From Scenedesmus sp. PABB004 (taxonomy: Eukaryota): a stretch of 64,000 nucleotides of DNA. The translations under genes were made by a program, and so were the position numbers. The DNA lies in NCBI GenBank assembly GCA_014905635.1, contig CM026547.1:3720001-3784000 (forward strand). Reading direction: 5' to 3'. Numbering within the stretch: position 1 is the stretch's first letter; every line of letters starts with the position of its first letter. This document shows, one piece after another, positions 57,001 through 64,000 of this stretch. The notes beneath the pieces were generated by a model. The model saw nothing but the letters and a program-made list of their open reading frames with translations. It did no database searches and was not told the DNA's origin.

Positions 57001-58645
57001 CTACGGCTCCTGCTTGAGCGCCGGCCCGGGCGCCGGCGCGGGCGCCGCCGCGCGCTGCGCGTGGTATGCCTCGGCCACGGCGGCCGCAAAAGCGGATGCG
57101 TTTGAACTGTGGGGGTGCAGGAGCACCTGCAGCCGTGCCAGCTGGCGGTAGCTGAGCACGCCATACAGCTGCGCGCCGGCGATGCCGCCGAGCAGCCCAA
57201 ACTTGGCCAGCAGCAGCTGCATCTCGCGGAGCCGCTCCGCCTGCACCTCCACCCTCCCCAGGTGCTGCAGCATGCTGCTCGCGAGCAGCGCCTCGCCGCC
57301 GGCGCCGGCGCCAGCGCCGGCGGCGCCCGGCGGGGGCAGCCCCACCTCGGTGAAGAGCAGGCAGATTTTGCTCATAACGGGCGCGGAGACGCGGCGGAAC
57401 ACCTCGAGCCCGGCCACAATGTCGCGCACCTGGTCGGGCGACAGCCCCAGGCGCCCGGCCGCCCAGGAGAACAGCGCCCGGCTCTGGGACGCCTCAACCA
57501 GCTCGCCCGTCTCCAGGTTGCAGCAACCCAGCGCGCTGATCACCTCGGAGCGATTGGCGAGGATGATGGCCGCCACGAGGACCATGTAGCGATCCACCAG
57601 GCGCGCGAGCGCCGCTGGCGAGGCGGCCACGGGCGCGCCGTCTGCGCAGCCCTGGGGGCCCTCACCCAGCTGGTGCAGGGCCACCGCGATGTCTTTCACC
57701 ACCTATACCACGCGGGACCGGCGGGAGCGGCGGGCAGCGCGCGCGGGTCAGCGTCGCGGGCGCTCGGCGCGGCGCGCGCGGGTCAGCATCACGGGCACGC
57801 GGCGCGACGCTGCTGCCGCTGTGCGGGCAGCTGCGCCCGCAGCCGTACCTCTGCCAGCCGCCGCTGCATCTGCTCGAGCGTGATGGTCAGCGCCTCGGGC
57901 GGCATGGGCTGCGCGCGGCGGGGGCGGCGCGGGCGCCGCTCGGGGTTGGCGCTCGCCCCCCCCCCCTGCCCGCGCGCTGTCTGCCGCACCTGCGACAGCA
58001 GCTCCCGCACCCAGTGCAGGGGGTCGTGCGGCGGCGCGATGCGCTCGTGTGCCGCTGCTGCTGCTGCTGCCTCACGCCCCGGTGCGGCCGCGGCGCTGTG
58101 GTGGTCACTGCTGCTGCGTTCCGACGCCGTCGGCTGGCAGGTCGCCCCTGCTCCAGGGCCGCCACTGAGCGAGGCGGCGTGCAGCTGCTCCAGCAGCAGC
58201 AGCTCCTCGCCGTCCGCGCCAAGCTGCGCGGCCGCGAGCAGCAGCGGCCCGGACGCGTCGCCGCTCTCGGCGGCCGCGGCCAGCTGCTGCTGCTGCCTGA
58301 TCCAGCCCATGGTGTCAACGTACGCCTGCAGGAGGTCATGCTGCGGCAGGGTGCGGCGACGGCGGCGATCGTCGGCTGCTGCTGCCGCCGCTCCGCCAGG
58401 CGTTGCGTGCGGGAGGCCCGGATCAGCCACTGCCGCTGCGGGAGCGCGCGGCCCGCATCACCGCCGTCCTCACGGCCAGTGCGATGGGCCCTTTCGGGCA
58501 GCCACGGGGCGGCGCGGCCCACCTCGCGGGCGATGCTGTCGCGCTCCTCCTCCAGCCGGCGCAGCTGCGCCTCCTGCTCCTCCACCTGCTTCAACAGCCG
58601 CGCAACCTGGTCACGGTGCGCGGCGCAGCGGTTCTTGACAGGCAT
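57001..58645 (-). CDS. Coiled-coil/bZIP-like protein with a DOG1/TGA-like C-terminal helical region
   Basis: N-terminal basic and heptad segment (RDQVARLLKQVEEQEAQLRRLEEERDSIARE); WAAGRLGLSPDQ and GVLSYRQLARLQVLLHP; paralog at 61302. Confidence 0.55.
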
Positions 58646-58995
58646 CGCAGCTGCCGCGAGGGCCGGCCGCTCACGCTGGCCGGGACATGGCGGTGCGCCC
58701 AATCGCGGGCTCCTGGCGGGCGGCTCTGGAACCGGGAGGCCGGGGCTGCAGCGGGCAGGGGCTGCGGCGGCGGCCAGGAGCGGCAGCGGCCCGGCCTGCG
58801 CCCTGCACCGCCGCCAGCGCCCGCGCGCCGCGCGCCGCAGCTCAGCTGTGCGTGCGCTTGCCAGCGGCCTCACGCTCCCGCTGTGCCAGCGTCACCCAGC
58901 GAGCAGCCGCTGTCTGAGCAGGCGCAGCGTGAGGGGCAGCTGCGCGCGGTCAACCGCGCGGCGGGGCCCGCCGGGCGTGCGCAGGCGCAGGCGCG

Positions 58996-60453
58996 ATGGT
59001 CAGCTACCAGCGGCACGCGCCGCTGGCCGAAGGGAGCTCCCAGACGGCGGGCCGGCCGCAGAGGCCGCACAGCGCCAAGCTCGCCGACGCCGGCGGCGGC
59101 GCGAGTGCGCTCACGGCAACCAGCGCGCGCGCCCGCGCCGCTCCGGCGCTGCGGCACGCGCGGCACCTCACGCCGGCGCGCCCCCGCCGCCGCCGCAGGC
59201 CTGAAAGTCTATCCCAACACCCTCTACGACGCCGGCGGCGACGTCCTGGCGGCGCAGGCGGCCGACGGCAGCGCGGTCGTCCCGGTGCCGCCGCGGCCGG
59301 CCTTGAGCAGCAGCCAGAAGTTCCAGCAGCAGCGTGCGCTGGCGGCACAGAAGCGCCTGGAGCGCCTGCAGCTGGGCGGCGTGGCGCAGAGCAACGACAG
59401 CATTGCGGTCGTCACGCTGGGCAGCCGCCCGGGCACGCCCGGGTGCGCCAAGCCCCCGCCGGGTGGCGCCGCAACGGGGCCCGGCCTGGCCGGCGGCGAC
59501 GCGAGCTCCGCGCCTGCCGCCAGCGGCGGCGGCGGTGCGCAGCCGGCGCTGGAGGCCTGGGCGAGCAGCGGCGCCAGGTGCGCGCGCGCTCGCCGGCCTG
59601 GGCGCGCGCGCACCGGCTGCTGGCCCTCTGCTGGCCCTCTCACCCCGCGCCCTGCACAGGCCCCGCAGCGCCGCGTCGGCCGCGCTGGCCGCCAAGGGCC
59701 TCGCCGGCGTGTACGACCCCCATGCCGCCGCGCCCGGCCGCCCGGACAGCACCGCCACCGACGACGACAGCGGCGGCGGCGACGGCGCGCCCGCGGCGGT
59801 GCCGGCGCCGATGCCGTCCAGCAGGTCCGCAGGCGGGCTCGCCAACGGCGCCGCGGCCGCGGCCGCGACAACCCCCTGCCAGCTGCGCGTCGCGGCGGCT
59901 GACGTCACCTTCTTCGCTTCCCTGCCCTCGTGCCGCGCAGGCTGGACGCGAGCGAGCTGGCCGCCTTCCTGCTGCGCCCCGGGCCGCGCGCGGGGCAGGT
60001 GCTGTGCTTCATCGAGCGCGAGAAGGGCGGCGTGGGCAAGGCGCCGTGGTGAGCTCGCGCGGCGAGGCCCCGAGGCGCCGAGACGCCGCTGCCAGGCGCC
60101 GGCGCCGCCCTGCCCGCCGGGCGCGGCCGCCGCCGACGCCGCGCCCGGCCGCCCCGCGCTGCGCCGCAGCTACCGGCTGCACCTCGACGACAGCCGGGCG
60201 CTGCTGCTCACGGCGCGCAAGCGCGCGTCGGCGTCGGGCGCGCACTACGTGCTCAGCACCGCCCCGCCCGGCGAGCTCGCGCGCGGCAGCCCCGGCTTCC
60301 TCGGCAAGCTGCGCAGCAACTTTGCGGGCACCGAGTACTCGCTGCTCACGGAGCCCCAGCTCGCGGCGCAGGGCGGCGCCGCGCTCGTGCCGCGCGGCGG
60401 CCGCATGGTCGCCGCCGCGTCGAGCTCGACGCGCCAGCTGCATCGCAGCGCGA

Positions 60454-60488
<35 letters not shown>

Positions 60489-61032
60489 TGCAAGGGCCTG
60501 GTGGAGGTCGCGGCAGTGGCGTTTGAGCTCAACCTGCTCGGCACGCGCGGCCCGCGGCGCATGGCGGTCGCGGTGCCTGCGCGCGCGCCCGACGGCGCGC
60601 CGCGGTGGCGGCCGGCGGGGCCCAGCGACTCGCTGATGGCGCGCCTCAGGCGCGCGCGCGGCACGGCGCGCGCAGCGCGGCGCAGTGCGGCGCGGCACAG
60701 CGCGGCGCGGCGCGCTCACGCACGGAAGCGTGCGCGCGCGTGCGCGCAGGTCGGGCGCGGGCGGCGAGGGCGCGGCGGTGCTGCGCAACCGGTCGCCGCG
60801 CTGGAACGAGGCGCTGAACGCATACTGCCTCAACTTCAGCGGCCGCGTGACCGAGGCGAGCGTCAAAAACTTCCAGCTCGTCGCCGCCGAGGGCGAGGGC
60901 GAGGGCGTGGTGCTGCAGTTTGGCAAGGTCTCGGACGGGGTCTTCACGTGCGACTACGCCTGGCCGCTCTGCCCGCTGCAGGCGTTTGGCATCGCGCTCG
61001 CGTCGTTCGACGACAAGCTCGCGTGCGAGTGA
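58996..61032 (+). CDS. Tubby-like protein
   Basis: [64 protein letters not shown] and [18 protein letters not shown]. Confidence 0.95.
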
Positions 61033-61301
61033 GGCCGGTGGGGGTGTCACCGGGGCTTTGCTTTGGAGGTGTTTTTCGTGCGTGCCGCCACGCGTGTGCC
61101 GACGGCGCTCGATGACAAAGACGCGACCCAAGACCGCCGCCGCGGGGGTCTGCTGCCGCGCGCGCGCTCGCGCCGCCGCGCCTGCAGCCCGCCACGACCC
61201 GCAGCCAGATCCTGAGCGGCCGCTGGGGGAGGCGCTCTGCCTCCGCGCCGCGCAGCGGCAGAGCAGCGCCACGCAGCAGCGGCAGCAGCGCCGCGGCCGC
61301 G

Positions 61302-62600
61302 ATGCGCTTCTTCACGCTCCGCAAGCGCCGCGCCAAGGGCGCCGAGCAGCTGCTGAGAATGGAGAGCGCGAGGGAGCAGAGCTCGGCGGCGCTGTGCGCG
61401 CTCGAGGAGGAGCGCGAGCGCCTGCTGCTCGAGCACGCCCTCGCGCAAGCGTCGTGCCAGCTCCTGGCGTGGCTGCGGCAGGCGCTGTGCGACAGCGACG
61501 CCGTCAGCGCTGCGGAGGCGCAGCTGCTGCAGCAGCTCTGGGACGTGCCGGCGCCGGCTGGCGCGCCGCAGCTGCTGCCGCCGCGCGCGCCGCCAGCGGC
61601 CCTCGCGCCCGGCGGCGCGCCGCAGCAGCAGCGTCTCGCGGCGCCGCCTGACGACGTGCTCCAGGCGCTCCGGCGCGCGCTCGAGCAGCCGCCGCCGCCG
61701 GGCCTCGCTGCCATGGGGCGTCCAGAGATTGCCGCCGAGTATCGGCGCTGCATCGAGGTGGGCGCTGCTGCCGCGGGGGGCCCGGCCCGCGCGCCCGCGC
61801 CCGCGGCCGCCCAGGCCGCCGCCGCGCCGCGCGCAGGAGTGGAGCCTCAACCTGAGCCTCGTCGACGCCTACGAAGCCGCCGGCGCGCCCCCGGGGCTCG
61901 GGGCGCGCGCGCAGCTCCCGCTCGCGCAGGTCGAGCAGGTCTCCATACGGTGCGGCACCCGCACGCGCCCGGCCCGGCGGCGCAAGCGGCGCGCCGCGCC
62001 GGCGCGCGCCCGGCCCGCCCGCCGCGTCCCCCACCCCCAGAGCCCGCTCCCGCCCCTTCCCCCAGGTGGTTTGGCATTCAGGCGTCGCTAACGCTCGCTG
62101 ACCGTGCGTCACATGTGACCGAGCTGTTAACCACAGACATGCAGACGCTGGCGCAGCTGCCAGAGCCTGACAAGGAGCACCACGCGTGGGCCGTCGCCCA
62201 GGTCGGCCTGACGCGGGCGCAGGAGCGCCGCATCGTCGCGGGGCTCGCGTGGTTCAAGCGCAACCTGAACCCCATGCTGGAGGAGCTCGCGGCGCTGCAG
62301 CAGGCTTGCGCCGACAGCGGCGGCGGCGGCCGCGGCGACGGCGACCGCACCCGCGCGGCGGTCGAAGCGCACGCCGAGTACCGGCAGCGGCTTGCGGCCG
62401 AGGCGGCGCGGGCGGATCGCATCGGTGTGGTGATGCGGAAAGACTTCCTGCACCGCATGGTGTGGGCGGGCTTTCTGTGGGGCTCTCTCACCTGGACGCA
62501 GATCGCGCGGCTCCACGTGCTCATGTTTCCCTACGTTCCGATGCCCGCCTGCATCGGCACCGTCATTTATGGCGCGTCGGTGGCCACCGCCAGCTGCTGA
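61302..62600 (+). CDS. Coiled-coil/bZIP-like protein with a DOG1/TGA-like C-terminal region (paralog of 57001-58645)
   Basis: LRKRRAK plus heptads; WAVAQVGLTRAQ and GSLTWTQIARLHVLMFP; probable introns ~61758-61835 and ~61950-62065. Confidence 0.55.
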   Translation: MRFFTLRKRRAKGAEQLLRMESAREQSSAALCALEEERERLLLEHALAQASCQLLAWLRQALCDSDAVSAAEAQLLQQLWDVPAPAGAPQLLPPRAPPAALAPGGAPQQQRLAAPPDDVLQALRRALEQPPPPGLAAMGRPEIAAEYRRCIEVGAAAAGGPARAPAPAAAQAAAAPRAGVEPQPEPRRRLRSRRRAPGARGARAAPARAGRAGLHTVRHPHAPGPAAQAARRAGARPARPPRPPPPEPAPAPSPRWFGIQASLTLADRASHVTELLTTDMQTLAQLPEPDKEHHAWAVAQVGLTRAQERRIVAGLAWFKRNLNPMLEELAALQQACADSGGGGRGDGDRTRAAVEAHAEYRQRLAAEAARADRIGVVMRKDFLHRMVWAGFLWGSLTWTQIARLHVLMFPYVPMPACIGTVIYGASVATASC

Positions 62601-62934
62601 GCAGGAACGTTGTTGCATTTCAGCGCCGCCGCGGCTGCAGCAGCCTGGGAGGGGGCGCCTGGAGCATCGGGCATTTGGTGCGCGCTGTGCTTGCAACACC
62701 CGGTGGGCTTGGCATGCAGGGGAGGAGCTACCGCGTGGGGCTGGCTGGAGGAAACCGGTGTGCTGGACACTCACAGCATGTGCGCTCATGTGTGCTGGTC
62801 ACTTTGCAGCGCGCGATGATAAATGATCGCGGTCGCTGGTTGCTCGCTCGTCTGTTCGTCTGTCCACAACCTTGGGGGGCCGCGCGGTGCAGCTGTGCAG
62901 CTGCCCCACATTTGGTGGCGGGGGAGGCAAAACC

Positions 62935-62950
62935 ATTACAACGTTGTAAT
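62935..62950. terminator. Palindromic double TGTAA poly(A) signal between convergent genes
   Basis: ATTACAACGTTGTAAT is a perfect 16-bp palindrome carrying TGTAA on each strand. Confidence 0.6.
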
Positions 62951-62994
62951 CGTTGCGGAAGTCCCGCACGCCCGCGGCGCGCCCCCGCTCCCGC

Positions 62995-64000
62995 TCACAG
63001 CAGCGTGTGCAGGCGCGAGAGGCGCTCGTCGTCGCGCAGCGCGAGGCCGACGTCCTCCTTGTCCACGTTGAGCGCCACGGCCGCCTTGAGGTGCGCGCCG
63101 TCGCTCAGCAGCAGCCGCACGCCCGCGAGCCGCACCAGGCACTGCTGCAGCACGCCCAGCGGCGGCGGCGTGAGGCCCACCAGGGCGGCGATGCTGTTGG
63201 CCGCGCGCTCAGCCACGCTCTGCGGGCGCGCGCGCGCGTGCGTGCGGCGCGGGCGTGTGAGCGCCGGCTGCGCCGCGCCGGCGGCGCCACGCCCGCCGGC
63301 TGCCCCACCGCCTCTGCCCGTCCCTCCCTCCGCCGGCGGCGCACACCTGGATGATCACGGCGCTGCGCCCCGTCGCGCGCGCCTCGACCACCACCGCCAC
63401 GAGCAGCACCTTCTCCCACGTGCTGCGGCTGCGCAGCAGCTTGTGGTGCAGCGCGCTAAACATCTCCTGCTGCGCCTGCGTCACGTGCGCGCGGCGCACG
63501 AGCGGCGCCTGCCCCTCGGCCCACGCCACGCGCGGCTGCACGCCGCCGCCGTCGCCGCCGCCGGCGCCGCTCTGCGTGACGCTGTGCTCCAGCAGGTGCT
63601 GCTGCCGCGCGATCTCGACCGCGCGGCGCAGCAGCTCCAGCGCGCGCCGGACGTCGCCTGCGAGCGGTGGCGGCGGCAGAGGCGGCGGCGGCGTCAGCCG
63701 GCGGCAGCGCGCCGGGGCGCCGCCGCGGCGGGGCGCGCGCGCGGCGCGCGGCGCGCGGCGCGCGGCGCGCGGCGCCTGGGCGCGCCGCGCCGCGCACCGG
63801 TCTCCGAGGCGACCTTGCGGCAGGCGAGCTGCACCGCCGCCTCCTCGACCGCGCCGGCCGCGGCGCTCGCGTGCAGGCGCGCCCTGACGATCGCGAGCAG
63901 CGCCTGCACGCCGTACGGCGCAAACGGGAGCTTGGCCTGGTCGAGGCGGCTCGCGATGCGCGGCAGCACGCGCGCGTCGAGGTCGTGCGTGTTGCTGATG
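62995..64000 (-). CDS. ORC1: Origin recognition complex subunit 1 (ORC1/Cdc6 family), 3' part only
   Basis: ISNTHDLDARVLPRIASRL, LPFAPY, RKVASETGDVRRALELLRRA, and a winged-helix end LNVDKEDVGLALRDD. Confidence 0.85.

Overview
Very GC-rich (roughly 75-80% by eye), intron-dense eukaryotic nuclear DNA. It is most consistent with a chlorophyte green alga, probably Sphaeropleales/Scenedesmus-like (inferred from gene content, short GC-rich introns and TGTAA-type poly(A) signals). The ORF track is mostly noise; the gene models here were stitched across introns by hand, so internal coordinates are approximate. Gene order: midasin MDN1 (-, about 23 kb), Lunapark-like (+), DUF1995 (+), GT37-like fucosyltransferase (-), P5CDH (-), serine O-galactosyltransferase with ShKT (+), three tandem paralogous secreted Cys-rich/Asp-box genes (+), RPLP0 (+), aftiphilin-like (-), dynein light chains LC2 (-) and LC10 (+), tyrosine phosphatase (-), Nudix MTH1-like (-), ABM/IsdG-like (+), two bZIP/DOG1-like paralogs flanking a Tubby gene, and the 3' part of ORC1 (-). 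Main highlights: (1) the exon-shuffled secreted-protein array, where exons diverge faster than introns and each unit is bounded by a copy of the SGT1 3' end; (2) an intronic H/ACA snoRNA in RPLP0 with two predicted 18S rRNA targets; (3) at least 10 GC-AG introns; (4) a Lunapark lacking its zinc finger; (5) an aftiphilin/Laa2-like AP-1 accessory candidate. Frequent single-base frameshifts in GC runs suggest assembly indel errors.
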